From contig RXIG01000019.1 in assembly GCA_004212155.1 (NCBI GenBank), positions 1-64,000 of the forward strand: a stretch of 64,000 nt of DNA, in the 5' to 3' direction. This DNA is from an archaeon (GTDB taxonomy: Archaea; Methanobacteriota_B; Thermococci; Methanofastidiosales; NM3). A program made the position numbers and the translations under genes. Positions 20,523 to 29,194 of the stretch are shown piece by piece; position 1 is the first letter of the stretch; each line of letters begins with the position of its first letter. The notes beneath the pieces are model-generated. The model had not been told where the DNA came from, did not search any database, and was given only the letters and a program-made list of their open reading frames with translations.

Positions 20523-21224
20523 ATGAAGGAAAAGACGATACTTGACACGATAGTTGAGAGTGGAGAGTTTATTACCCTCACCAGGGCCCTTGGACTGGCG
20601 AACATGGCAAAGATACTCAATGGAAAGGGTCCCTTCACACTGTTTGCTCCAACCGATGAGGCGTTCGAGGCGCTTGGGGAGGACCTGGTAGAGGAGATAC
20701 TTGACGATCCTGAGATGCTCGATGAGGTTCTCTTATATCACATTGCCTCTGACACGTATACTAGTAAGACGATGTGGGACCACATCTCCGAGCTTGAGGA
20801 CACAGTATCGATAACGACCGCACAGGGGGAGCCGCTCATGGTACGGGTGGACACCGGATTAGGTGTTGAGGACATCGTGATCACGGTCAATGGTGCCACT
20901 GTCGAGGAAGAGGACATACACTGCAGCAACGGCATCATCCATGTGGTAAACACGGTCCTCTTTCCACCATCGCTCTACGATCATCCATGCATAGGCGCTA
21001 GCAAGGAAACGCGTGAAAAGGAGGGGCCACAGCGCACATCGAGCGCCACGCCCAAGTTCGAGATATACAACGACAAGACAGGCAGGTTCAGATTCAGGCT
21101 CAAGTCCAGTGAGGGCATGGTGATCGCCGTTGGTGAGGGATTTGCCACCAAGCAGGAATGCCTGGACGCCATAGAGCGCATCAAGACGAATGCCAACTCC
21201 GCAGACATCATCGACCTGACGTGA
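20523..21224 (+). CDS. Fasciclin (FAS1) domain plus C-terminal DUF1508/YegP domain fusion
   Basis: GPFTLFAPTDEAF, LLYHI, CSNGIIHVVNTVL (FAS1); KFEIYNDKTGRFRFRLKSSEGMVIAVGEGF...AIERIKTNA (DUF1508). Confidence 0.85.
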   Translation: MKEKTILDTIVESGEFITLTRALGLANMAKILNGKGPFTLFAPTDEAFEALGEDLVEEILDDPEMLDEVLLYHIASDTYTSKTMWDHISELEDTVSITTAQGEPLMVRVDTGLGVEDIVITVNGATVEEEDIHCSNGIIHVVNTVLFPPSLYDHPCIGASKETREKEGPQRTSSATPKFEIYNDKTGRFRFRLKSSEGMVIAVGEGFATKQECLDAIERIKTNANSADIIDLT

Positions 21225-21226
21225 GA

Positions 21227-22096
21227 TCACTGCACCTCGTGCAGGTAGGCCTCGTCCAGGCCCTCGGGACACTCGCCGATGCGAAAGTCGCGGTCCCGTT
21301 CACGGTCCTCGTCGAACATGTTGCTTGTCGTCTCGGCGAAGTAATACTTCGTGCCATCATATTCATAATACGTTCCGGAAAACGTTGGCAATCCAACGCC
21401 CACGGCCAGATGGTCCTCGTACTCGATGATGATCGCAGGGATCCCCCGAGCCTTGAGGAGAGAAGCGTAGAGGAACGTCGTGTCCTCGCAATCACCAACC
21501 TTGTCAAACAGCGTCTCATCAGGATATTTCCAGTACTCCCCCACGCCTGTGCTCTCCTCGTCGGTCATGTAGTATATCGCGTTGTGTACGAATGCAAGCG
21601 CCAGCTTGGCATAATGCGTCCGATCCTGTGATAGCTTTTCTATCTCCTCGGATATCGAGTCGATAAGTGTCCATTGATGGTCGTAGACAACATAGTCGTT
21701 GAGCACACCGCTGTCCACAGGATATCCGCGTGGGATGGTGCGTTCCTTGTCCTTCCAGTACCCGAGGTAGGAGTAGGAGGAATACTGCCAGAAGTAGTAA
21801 TCCTCATACTCATCACCGAACGTGACCCGGTAATATGTCACATGGTCCTCCCACGCAGATGATGATGGAGGGGGCGTGCTCGTCGATGTGCTGCACCGAT
21901 CGTACAAGTCCTGGTAGTCGCTTTGGAGCGCCTCATAGCTTTCGTTGAGCTCCTCGTAGTCATCTTGAAGCTCCTCGTAGTCATCCTCGAGCTGTTCGCA
22001 CTCAGCGACGGTGCCTTCATCCTGAGATATACATCCTGGAAGGAGCAATGCAATGAACAGGACCGCGACAACGATGAAGAAAAGATAACGGTTCAT
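21227..22096 (-). CDS. Lipoprotein with coiled-coil stalk and transglutaminase-like cysteine-protease domain
   Basis: Lipobox LLPGC; heptads 'DYEELQDDYEELNESYEALQSDYQDL'; 'YWKYPDETL...GDCED', 'HLAVGV', 'ETT'. Confidence 0.8.
   Translation of the reverse strand: MNRYLFFIVVAVLFIALLLPGCISQDEGTVAECEQLEDDYEELQDDYEELNESYEALQSDYQDLYDRCSTSTSTPPPSSSAWEDHVTYYRVTFGDEYEDYYFWQYSSYSYLGYWKDKERTIPRGYPVDSGVLNDYVVYDHQWTLIDSISEEIEKLSQDRTHYAKLALAFVHNAIYYMTDEESTGVGEYWKYPDETLFDKVGDCEDTTFLYASLLKARGIPAIIIEYEDHLAVGVGLPTFSGTYYEYDGTKYYFAETTSNMFDEDRERDRDFRIGECPEGLDEAYLHEVQ
21948..21985. repeat. Intragenic 21-bp-period tandem repeat (AGCTCCTCGTAGTCATC x2)
   Basis: Identical 17-mers at 21948-21964 and 21969-21985, encoding the DDYEEL heptads. 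Confidence 0.7.
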
Positions 22097-22155
22097 GGAA
22101 AAAAAGAGGTAAAGAGGATATTTATACCTTCGTGTGGAACCGCGCATGAAGCGTA

Positions 22156-23439
22156 TCAAAAAATATCCTTGAATGTGAACGTTTCGTGACGTCGGGGACC
22201 CACCGATACGCCGTAGAGGGGAATGCGCAACTCGGACTCGATGAACTTGAGATAGCTCTTGGCATTGGCGGGGAGCGAATCGTAGCCTTTTTCGAGCACT
22301 TCGTCGCAAGCAAAGTCCCATCCGTCGAACTCCTTGTAGACGGGTGTGCAGCGTGCAAGGACATCCATGTTCGCGGGAAAATGGTCCATGACCTCTCCAT
22401 CGACCTCGTAGCCGGTGCAGACCTTGACCGTGTCAAGACCGCACAGCACGTCGAGTTTCGTGATGAAGATGCCGTCGAAATGATTAAGCATGTGGGCATA
22501 CTTTACAAGCATGAGGTCGAGCCATCCGCATCGTCGTGGACGTCCCGTCACGGTCCCGAACTCATGTCCCTTGTTTGCTAGGTGCTTCCCATATGCATCG
22601 GTGAGCTCGGTGGGAACGGGCCCGGCCCCAACCCGCGTCGTGTAGGCCTTGACGACGCCAAGTACCCGATTGATGGACCGCGGTGGCACGCCGGCTCCCG
22701 TGCATGCGCCGCCACAAACGGTGTTCGAGGACGTATTGTGAGGATAGATGCCAAAGTCGATGTCCAAGTGTGTTCCCTGGGCACCCTCGAACAGGATGCG
22801 CTTGCCCGCGTCGTTTGCCTTGTTGATAAGTGAGGGGGTGTCGGTGACATACGTACCAAACATCGACGCATACCCCGCATAAGCCTTGATGATGTCGTCC
22901 TTTGACACCTCCATATCGTATCCCAGGCTCTTGAAGAATCGCTCCTTGATCGAATAGGCCGTATCAAGCTTTTCAAGAAATGTCGCCTGGTCGATCAGGT
23001 CTGTGAAGCGAATGCCTATGCGCGACACCTTGTCAGAGTAACAGGGCCCTATCCCACGTTTCGTCGTGCCGGCCTTGAGCTTACCCTTGAGGTCCTCGAG
23101 GATGACGTCCTCCTGCTTGTGATAGGGCATGATGACATGCGCACGTTCCGAGATGTATATGTTGCCAAAGTCTATGTTTCGGGACCGCAGCTCGGTGATC
23201 TCCTCGTGCAGGACCTCGGGGTCGATGACCATGCCGTTGCCTAGGACCACGTCCTTACCCTGGACGATCCCCGAGGGAAGGAGACGCAGCTTGAATGTCT
23301 CATCGCCCACGACGATGGTGTGTCCGGCGTTGTTGCCTCCCTGGAATCTGACAACAAGGTCGGCGTTTTCCGCATACATGTCGGTAAGCTTTCCTTTCGC
23401 TTCGTCGCCCCATTGGCTGCCTAAGATAACGCTAATCAT
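22156..23439 (-). CDS. purA: Adenylosuccinate synthase
   Basis: QWGDEAKGK, QGGNNAGHT, GTTKRGIGP, FEGAQG, EFGTVTGRPRRCGW, TKLD; start MISVIL. Confidence 0.96.
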   Translation of the reverse strand: MISVILGSQWGDEAKGKLTDMYAENADLVVRFQGGNNAGHTIVVGDETFKLRLLPSGIVQGKDVVLGNGMVIDPEVLHEEITELRSRNIDFGNIYISERAHVIMPYHKQEDVILEDLKGKLKAGTTKRGIGPCYSDKVSRIGIRFTDLIDQATFLEKLDTAYSIKERFFKSLGYDMEVSKDDIIKAYAGYASMFGTYVTDTPSLINKANDAGKRILFEGAQGTHLDIDFGIYPHNTSSNTVCGGACTGAGVPPRSINRVLGVVKAYTTRVGAGPVPTELTDAYGKHLANKGHEFGTVTGRPRRCGWLDLMLVKYAHMLNHFDGIFITKLDVLCGLDTVKVCTGYEVDGEVMDHFPANMDVLARCTPVYKEFDGWDFACDEVLEKGYDSLPANAKSYLKFIESELRIPLYGVSVGPRRHETFTFKDIF

Positions 23440-23497
23440 GGCGACACATTCCCGCGATTGATAAAAAAGCTTTTGGTAAAAAAAGGAATCCCGCCAT

Positions 23498-24400
23498 TTA
23501 CGACGGTACGAGCCGCTCGACCAACCAGTCGGGATCGAACTCGAGCAGGTCATCGTAGCCCTGCCCCACGCCCACGAAGAGTATGGGGCGCTTGGTGATA
23601 TGGGATATAGAAAGGGCCGCTCCGCCGCGCGCATCGGCATCGACCTTGGTAAGTATCGAGCAATCGATGCCCACCTCGTTGAATCGTTCGGCCTGTTCGA
23701 CCACGGCATTGCCCGCAAGTGCGTCGCCTACGAAGATCTTGAGGTCGGGATTCGTGACGCGGACGATCTTTTTCATCTCTGCCATGAGATTCTTGTTCGT
23801 CTCGGCCCTGCCCGCCGTATCGATGAGGACGACATCGATCCCCCGTGCCTTCGCATGCTGTATGGCATCGTATGCCACGGCAGCGGGATCGGAGCCATAC
23901 GACTGCTTGATGATGCGCACGCCCACACGTTGGGCATGGCGCTCCAACTGTTCGATGGATCCTGCGCGAAACGTGTCTGATGCCGCTATGACGCTTGAGT
24001 AGCCTCGCTGTTTCAAGATGTATGCGAGCTTGGCGATGGTAGTGGTCTTGCCAGTGCCATTGAAGCCTATGAACGCCAGTATCGCGGGTTGCCCGTTGGC
24101 ACGCTTCTCCTCGATATAGTCGAAAAGGTCCATCTTGGAGCCCTGAAGAACATTCCTGATCGCATCGGCCAATGCCTTTTTGAGAAATGTGCGCTTCTTC
24201 TCGGAAAGCGACACCTGCTGTCCCACAAGCGCTTCCTTGAGCTCTTCCCCAAGACGCTCCGAGACAGAAAGGGACACATCGTTTTCCATGAGCGTTAGCT
24301 GGAGCTCCCAGAGGAGATCATCTATGTCCTTTTCAGAGATCGTTTTCTGGGAAACAGAATCAACAAACGACGTTAGCTTCGTCTTGAGGGAATCGAACAT
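23498..24400 (-). CDS. ftsY: SRP receptor FtsY
   Basis: GFNGTGKTTTIAKLA, DTFRAG, DTAGR, TKVDADARGG. Confidence 0.96.
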   Translation of the reverse strand: MFDSLKTKLTSFVDSVSQKTISEKDIDDLLWELQLTLMENDVSLSVSERLGEELKEALVGQQVSLSEKKRTFLKKALADAIRNVLQGSKMDLFDYIEEKRANGQPAILAFIGFNGTGKTTTIAKLAYILKQRGYSSVIAASDTFRAGSIEQLERHAQRVGVRIIKQSYGSDPAAVAYDAIQHAKARGIDVVLIDTAGRAETNKNLMAEMKKIVRVTNPDLKIFVGDALAGNAVVEQAERFNEVGIDCSILTKVDADARGGAALSISHITKRPILFVGVGQGYDDLLEFDPDWLVERLVPS

Positions 24401-24423
24401 GGCTCCACCTGGCTCTCTCGCAT

Positions 24424-24867
24424 CTACTGTTGTTGCTGTTGTGAGGAAGAGCGCTGTTGCTGTGCCTGTTGCATGAGCTGACGGCCGCGCTGGTCCAACG
24501 CCTGCATACGCTGCTGCACCTCAGAATATGACGAGGATGTCTGATTGACCAGTTCACGCGCCTCGTTGATGCGCTTGTCCATGAGCTCAAGGCTCTTGTC
24601 GATGTTCTCCTTGACGGCAATATCAGACCCTATGTTGACGATCACCTTCTCCATATCGGTAAGCGTTCCGAACGCATAACATCCTCCACCGATGGGAAAG
24701 AGCATCTGCTGGTCCGACTGTGCGGTCTTGATGCTTGAGATGGTCTCCTTGGCCACGAGCAGGTCGTTCAAGTGAGACCTGAGATAATCGAGATTCTGCT
24801 TTAGCGCCTCAGCCTGTCGCTCAAGCATCGCCATCTGTGAAGATATCTGGCGTAGGTCCTCTGCCAT
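24424..24867 (-). CDS. pfdA: Prefoldin subunit alpha
   Basis: Coiled coils flanking 'FPIGGG...KVIVNIGSD'; conserved position between rpl18a and ftsY. Confidence 0.92.
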   Translation of the reverse strand: MAEDLRQISSQMAMLERQAEALKQNLDYLRSHLNDLLVAKETISSIKTAQSDQQMLFPIGGGCYAFGTLTDMEKVIVNIGSDIAVKENIDKSLELMDKRINEARELVNQTSSSYSEVQQRMQALDQRGRQLMQQAQQQRSSSQQQQQ

Positions 24868-24868
24868 C

Positions 24869-25048
24869 TTAATCAGCCCTGACCTCTTCTATCATGATGT
24901 ACTTGCGCTTCACTCTGTGCTTGGAACCGATGTCCATCATGACCTTCTCAACGGCGTTTTCTTCCTTTGCCGCCCTGAGGGTCTTTTCAAACTTCTGAAG
25001 CGAATCGCCCATCACGAATTTTCCTTTGATCGTATAATTGCTCACCAT
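24869..25048 (-). CDS. rpl18a: 50S ribosomal protein L18Ae/LX (eL20)
   Basis: MVSNYTIKGKF...EKVMMDIGSKHRVKRKYI; the real start is internal to the track ORF. Confidence 0.88.
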   Translation of the reverse strand: MVSNYTIKGKFVMGDSLQKFEKTLRAAKEENAVEKVMMDIGSKHRVKRKYIMIEEVRAD

Positions 25049-25050
25049 GG

Positions 25051-25722
25051 TTATTCCTCCATCAATACATCGTCGATACGTCCCAGTTCGGGACCTGTGG
25101 ATATGCCGCCTACTACGACACCGCGCGAATTGGCGATCATGCAACCGCCTATGTAGCGTACGCCCCTGTTCGCAGTCGAGTGGTCTACCGGCACGCCTAA
25201 GACATCCTTGAGCCATGCCATCTTCTGCGATGATGTTTCGGGGTGCACAAGACATCCCTTGTTCGTGGCAACGGCGACGCTGCCTACGTTCTTGAACCCT
25301 GCAATGATGCCCTCCTCGACGGGCACGTCAAGGAATGAGGATATGTCGTCCTTGTAGTGTGCAAGCTCAGGGCTTATCACACACCCGTTGTCATTAGCAA
25401 GCACCATGTTGCCCAGTGCCGTGAACTTCGAGGGAAGTTCCAGGAATGGACAGGGACATCGTTCCTCAAGCGCCTCTCGCTCGTGGTCCTCGAGTATGTA
25501 GGGGACCAGGATGCCGTTAGAATTGCCTGCAAGGAATATGCCTGTAAGATCGGTGCGAGCTATAGAGCACTGTATGACGGGCGTGCCAAGTACCTCTGAG
25601 ATACGCTCAACGTTCGCATCGGTAAGGCCGGTGCGTGTGATGGTGACACTCTCCGTCGTGAACGACACGATACCTATGAAGGGCGTTCCGCCAAGGGACA
25701 TCCGCTCGATCATGACAATCAC
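25051..25722 (-). CDS. eif6: Translation initiation factor 6 (aIF-6)
   Basis: AGNSNGILVP, ALGNMVLANDNG, VGSVAVATNKGCLVHP, TGPEL. Confidence 0.95.
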   Translation of the reverse strand: MIVMIERMSLGGTPFIGIVSFTTESVTITRTGLTDANVERISEVLGTPVIQCSIARTDLTGIFLAGNSNGILVPYILEDHEREALEERCPCPFLELPSKFTALGNMVLANDNGCVISPELAHYKDDISSFLDVPVEEGIIAGFKNVGSVAVATNKGCLVHPETSSQKMAWLKDVLGVPVDHSTANRGVRYIGGCMIANSRGVVVGGISTGPELGRIDDVLMEE

Positions 25723-26009
25723 TCAGCCAAGAACGCGCGCACGATCTCTGCTTGGACTTCGTCCTTTTCGACGGTCTCCTTGGTGACCCGTACCCTTATG
25801 CGTGAAGGGGGTTTTTCAATGCCTCGCTTCCACATCGACTCGTTGACTGCCCTATCGATGTAGATATTGTCAGTCTTCGTATGCCTCTGCAAAAACGAGC
25901 GTACTTCCTTAATGGCGCGGGGAGTTCTCTTCCCGCGTGGTATCTCCTTGACCTTACGCAAGGGAATGGTATAAATTCTCTCTTCTCCAACGTTCACATC
26001 CATCACCAT
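25719..26009 (-). CDS. rpl31e: 50S ribosomal protein L31e
   Basis: ERIYTIPLR, RAIKEVRSF, WKRGIEKPP. Confidence 0.95.
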   Translation of the reverse strand: MVMDVNVGEERIYTIPLRKVKEIPRGKRTPRAIKEVRSFLQRHTKTDNIYIDRAVNESMWKRGIEKPPSRIRVRVTKETVEKDEVQAEIVRAFLAE

Positions 26010-26165
26010 TTAGAGTTGTAGTCTCACTCTGCGACCATATCGTCGCTTAGGGTGGAAGCGTACACCTAGTCTCGTCTTGCTCCAGACCCATACGGGCACC
26101 CTTCTCGTCTGTTTCTGGGCCTTGCCCAGCCGCAACTTCTTTGCCAACGGTTTATTCCTACTCAT
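26010..26165 (-). CDS. rpl39e: 50S ribosomal protein L39e (not in ORF track, 51 aa)
   Basis: Manually translated: [51 protein letters not shown]; canonical position. Confidence 0.93.
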   Translation of the reverse strand: MSRNKPLAKKLRLGKAQKQTRRVPVWVWSKTRLGVRFHPKRRYGRRVRLQL

Positions 26166-26182
26166 GTGTATGACCTCTTCGA

Positions 26183-26527
26183 TTAACGCCTATGGATCTT
26201 GTAGTCTCTCTTCTGTCCCTGCAGCTGACGAAGCATGCTTTTGAGCGTCTCTTCGTCGACCTTCTGGGTAATGCGTCCCTGCTGTGCCAGTTGGATTATG
26301 AGGTTCTCGACCTGGGCGCCGAAGTCGGGCCTGGCCATCTTGATACGAACGAGTCGTTCACGTGCATCCGCGGTGAGCAACGTCCGCAGGATGGCCTGTT
26401 TTTGCGCCTCCTGCATGTCCTGTTGCGACTGTCCTTCGGATTGCTGCTGGTCTGATTGCTGCTGTTCTTGCTGTCGCTGGCGCATCTCTTCGTATTTTCT
26501 CCTCTTAATCTCATCAGCTTCGTCCAT
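26183..26527 (-). CDS. PDCD5/MTH1615-family DNA-binding protein
   Basis: [38 protein letters not shown]. Confidence 0.93.
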   Translation of the reverse strand: MDEADEIKRRKYEEMRQRQQEQQQSDQQQSEGQSQQDMQEAQKQAILRTLLTADARERLVRIKMARPDFGAQVENLIIQLAQQGRITQKVDEETLKSMLRQLQGQKRDYKIHRR

Positions 26528-26554
26528 ACATCCATCCCTTACTCATGGTTGTGA

Positions 26555-27004
26555 TCAGTACACCGCCAATTCGGGCATGTCAGACTCCAGCGAGGTCTTG
26601 AGCGTGGTGCTCAACTTGTCGAGGAACGCCTTTCCCTGCGGCGTGATGATACGTCCCTTTGGGGTCGTCTCGACATAGCCTGCGGCCTGGAGCTGTTGCA
26701 GGAGCGTACGGATGATCGAACCGCCCGCTGAGCGCCTGCCCTCGGGTTTGTGACCGTTGTTCTTGATACCGCCGTAGTACGTGCAAAGCCTGTGAACCCC
26801 TACCGGACCCTCGATGTAGATCCTTCGGAGGAGCGAGGCGGCACGAATATACCACCAGTTCTTCTGTTCTGGGGGTCGCTCGTTATGCACACCGGTCTTC
26901 ACAAATGATGCCCACGAGGCGGGTGTGAGGGATTCGTTTCCCTCCAACTCTTCGGCCAGTTTCTCAATCAATCGATCTGCTGGAACATCATAAACTGTAG
27001 TCAT
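26555..27004 (-). CDS. rps19e: 30S ribosomal protein S19e
   Basis: TVYDVPAD, WASFVKTG, WWYIRAASLLRRIY, GSIIR..LQQL. Confidence 0.97.
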   Translation of the reverse strand: MTTVYDVPADRLIEKLAEELEGNESLTPASWASFVKTGVHNERPPEQKNWWYIRAASLLRRIYIEGPVGVHRLCTYYGGIKNNGHKPEGRRSAGGSIIRTLLQQLQAAGYVETTPKGRIITPQGKAFLDKLSTTLKTSLESDMPELAVY

Positions 27005-27168
27005 GGTCTCACCTATTCACCAAACAGTGTCTCTCTTCTATTTTTAGTTCGTTTATATATATTTCGTTATTCAAAATCCTTTCACTATTCGCCCGTAGGA
27101 CGGGCAAGAGTACAAGTAATCGGGGATTTTTAAATAGTCTCGAACAACAGTATATAAAAGTTGTGGTT

Positions 27169-27429
27169 TTATCGCTTTCGGTACAAAATGGCTTTCCTGC
27201 CCCTCAAATCGACAAGTTCTGCATCTGTGCTCTTACAAAGCGTTTCCACGAACGAATCCCTGTGCTCGATGGAGGGATGAAGTGATATCTTGATCGCCCC
27301 TTTCTTCTTAAGCTGTGACGCAATCTCATCGACCACCGCTTGTGTGAGTCCGTTGCGTCCTATGATGACGCTGGGCGTCTCGGGACCAAGTGACGTGATG
27401 ATCTCCTTACGTGTTGTTTTGTCCACCAT
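27169..27429 (-). CDS. YhbY/CRM-domain RNA-binding protein
   Basis: PSVIIGRNGLT...EI...L, VDLRGRKAILYR. Confidence 0.88.
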   Translation of the reverse strand: MVDKTTRKEIITSLGPETPSVIIGRNGLTQAVVDEIASQLKKKGAIKISLHPSIEHRDSFVETLCKSTDAELVDLRGRKAILYRKR

Positions 27430-28114
27430 GTGATTCAGCCTCTAACAATGAAACGACACCTACGAGGTGTCCTGCCCCTACCACCACGACAAGGGTCGCC
27501 GGTTCGGCGGCACGGGACAATAACGACACGATGTAGCGAGCCATATAAATGTTTCTCTCCTCGATGAGCACCTCGAACGCATGAGGGGAAAATCGTTTGA
27601 ATTCCCTGAGCAACTGCTCGACGAACGATTCATCAAACTGGGAGACGGGAACATCGCGCTTGAGGGGGGTAAGGGAGAGAAGCGCACCAACAACTGTCTT
27701 GACCTTCTCCCGAAACGTCATCTTTCCTACGAGCCGTGAGAGTGTTACAGAGACCTCGCGATCGATGAAGTGCACATCCGCACCAACGTCGCGTGCAACA
27801 TCCACGGCCGTGATCATCTCCGTGCCGGGCATGACGCCGAAGTCCTCGCCTATCTCGCTTTGGATCATGGAAAGCAGGCTTCCAAGCAATGCGACACGCA
27901 GGCCGTGATGGCGCATCATGTCCCCGAACGTGGCACGCTCACCCGTTCGCAGCGCATGGTAGCGATTGACGTCAAGCTCGACGCAAACATATGTTGGTCG
28001 CTGGGCATCTATTACCGTACGCACCTCGGCAATGCTTTTCTTGAACACATGCCCCGTACCGATGATCGTGACATGATGTGGTCCAACTCGCAGCTCTCGT
28101 CTCATGGTCGTCAC
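27407..28114 (-). CDS. TraB/PrgY/GumN family protein
   Basis: IIGTGHV, VCVELD..R, PGTEM, IDR, LIEERN.YMA, VVGAGH. Confidence 0.9.
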   Translation of the reverse strand: MTTMRRELRVGPHHVTIIGTGHVFKKSIAEVRTVIDAQRPTYVCVELDVNRYHALRTGERATFGDMMRHHGLRVALLGSLLSMIQSEIGEDFGVMPGTEMITAVDVARDVGADVHFIDREVSVTLSRLVGKMTFREKVKTVVGALLSLTPLKRDVPVSQFDESFVEQLLREFKRFSPHAFEVLIEERNIYMARYIVSLLSRAAEPATLVVVVGAGHLVGVVSLLEAESHGGQNNT

Positions 28115-29133
28115 GTTGAAAGGGTCGTTAACAGTTCGAAGTCACGCTTGTACACTACGCCAATGGGCATCGAGTCCTCTACGACATATACCACGTCGAT
28201 ACGTTTTTGCTCGATCGTTTGAAAGATCTCGTCGGCCGGAGAGGCGGGTTGTGCTGTCATTGGCACATCATCATATATATCCTTTACGCGTGCCGATTCG
28301 CGGAGGAATGGCTTTACCGATGATACATCGTCTGCATGGACGATGCCAACGAGGATGCCGTCGCTGACAACAGGGACGACATGCTCCTTGACATCCTCCA
28401 TCATCGCGCGAGCATCCTCGACCGTATCATCTGGAGAGAGCACTGGCGGCATCTCGCGCATGATGTCGGCCATGGTGCGCCCCTTCAGGGCCTCTTTCGT
28501 TGAGACAAGTGTCATCTCCCCCATGCCGCTGATGAAGATGAAAAATGCTATCAGTATCAAGAACCAGTTGTAGATGGCCCCGATAAATGCCAGGACGAGC
28601 GCGAGGGCCTGTCCGATACGCACGGACATTTTCGTAGCGCTTGTATAATCCATTCGCTGTGCGAGGAGATGGCGGAATATCCTTCCCCCATCGAGCGGGA
28701 ACGCGGGTACGAGATTGAAAGCGCCGAGGACGAGATTGATGGAAAAGAATGCATCGAGGTATGAAAGCGAATCGAGTGTCACGGTCATGGTTGGCGCGCT
28801 CCCCGAGGCCATGGCGGCAACGTAGAGCACGGCGGCAAGGATGAGGTTGGACAGAGGGCCGACGATGGCGATGCGCAGTTCGTACTCGCGAGGTATCTCC
28901 TCCATCTGTGATAGCCCGCCAAGGGGGAAGAGCGTGATGGCCTCGATACGCACGCCATAATGGCGTGCTACGAGCGAATGGACGAACTCATGGTAGAGCA
29001 CCGTCCCGAATAAGATGATGATGAGCAAAAACACCTGGACGCCACCGATTAGTGCCAGTGCTAGGACGAGAAGGAATGTAACGTCAAGCTTAACTGGTAT
29101 GCCAAAGAGCCGCCCTATGGTGAATCCCCACAT
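28111..29133 (-). CDS. Site-2 protease (M50) with C-terminal CBS pair
   Basis: HEFVH, GPLSN, FNLVPAFPLDGG; CBS domains; start MWGFTIG. Confidence 0.92.
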   Translation of the reverse strand: MWGFTIGRLFGIPVKLDVTFLLVLALALIGGVQVFLLIIILFGTVLYHEFVHSLVARHYGVRIEAITLFPLGGLSQMEEIPREYELRIAIVGPLSNLILAAVLYVAAMASGSAPTMTVTLDSLSYLDAFFSINLVLGAFNLVPAFPLDGGRIFRHLLAQRMDYTSATKMSVRIGQALALVLAFIGAIYNWFLILIAFFIFISGMGEMTLVSTKEALKGRTMADIMREMPPVLSPDDTVEDARAMMEDVKEHVVPVVSDGILVGIVHADDVSSVKPFLRESARVKDIYDDVPMTAQPASPADEIFQTIEQKRIDVVYVVEDSMPIGVVYKRDFELLTTLST

Positions 29134-29194
29134 GACGCTACGTCTCTCCAAAATTATATAAACGTGTTGATAGATAAAAATTGAGGGTAACATA

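Noticed and set aside
22156-23718. Extended N-termini in the ORF track (purA; also ftsZ, uvrA, ehbN, M50, gamma-CA, argF, deacetylase, rpl18a)
   Set aside because: The extensions overlap neighbouring genes or promoters; conserved domains begin at internal starts.
27407-28114. 'TraB' as a conjugation gene
   Set aside because: This is the TraB/PrgY/GumN family, commonly chromosomal and often next to M50 proteases in archaea; no transfer genes are nearby.
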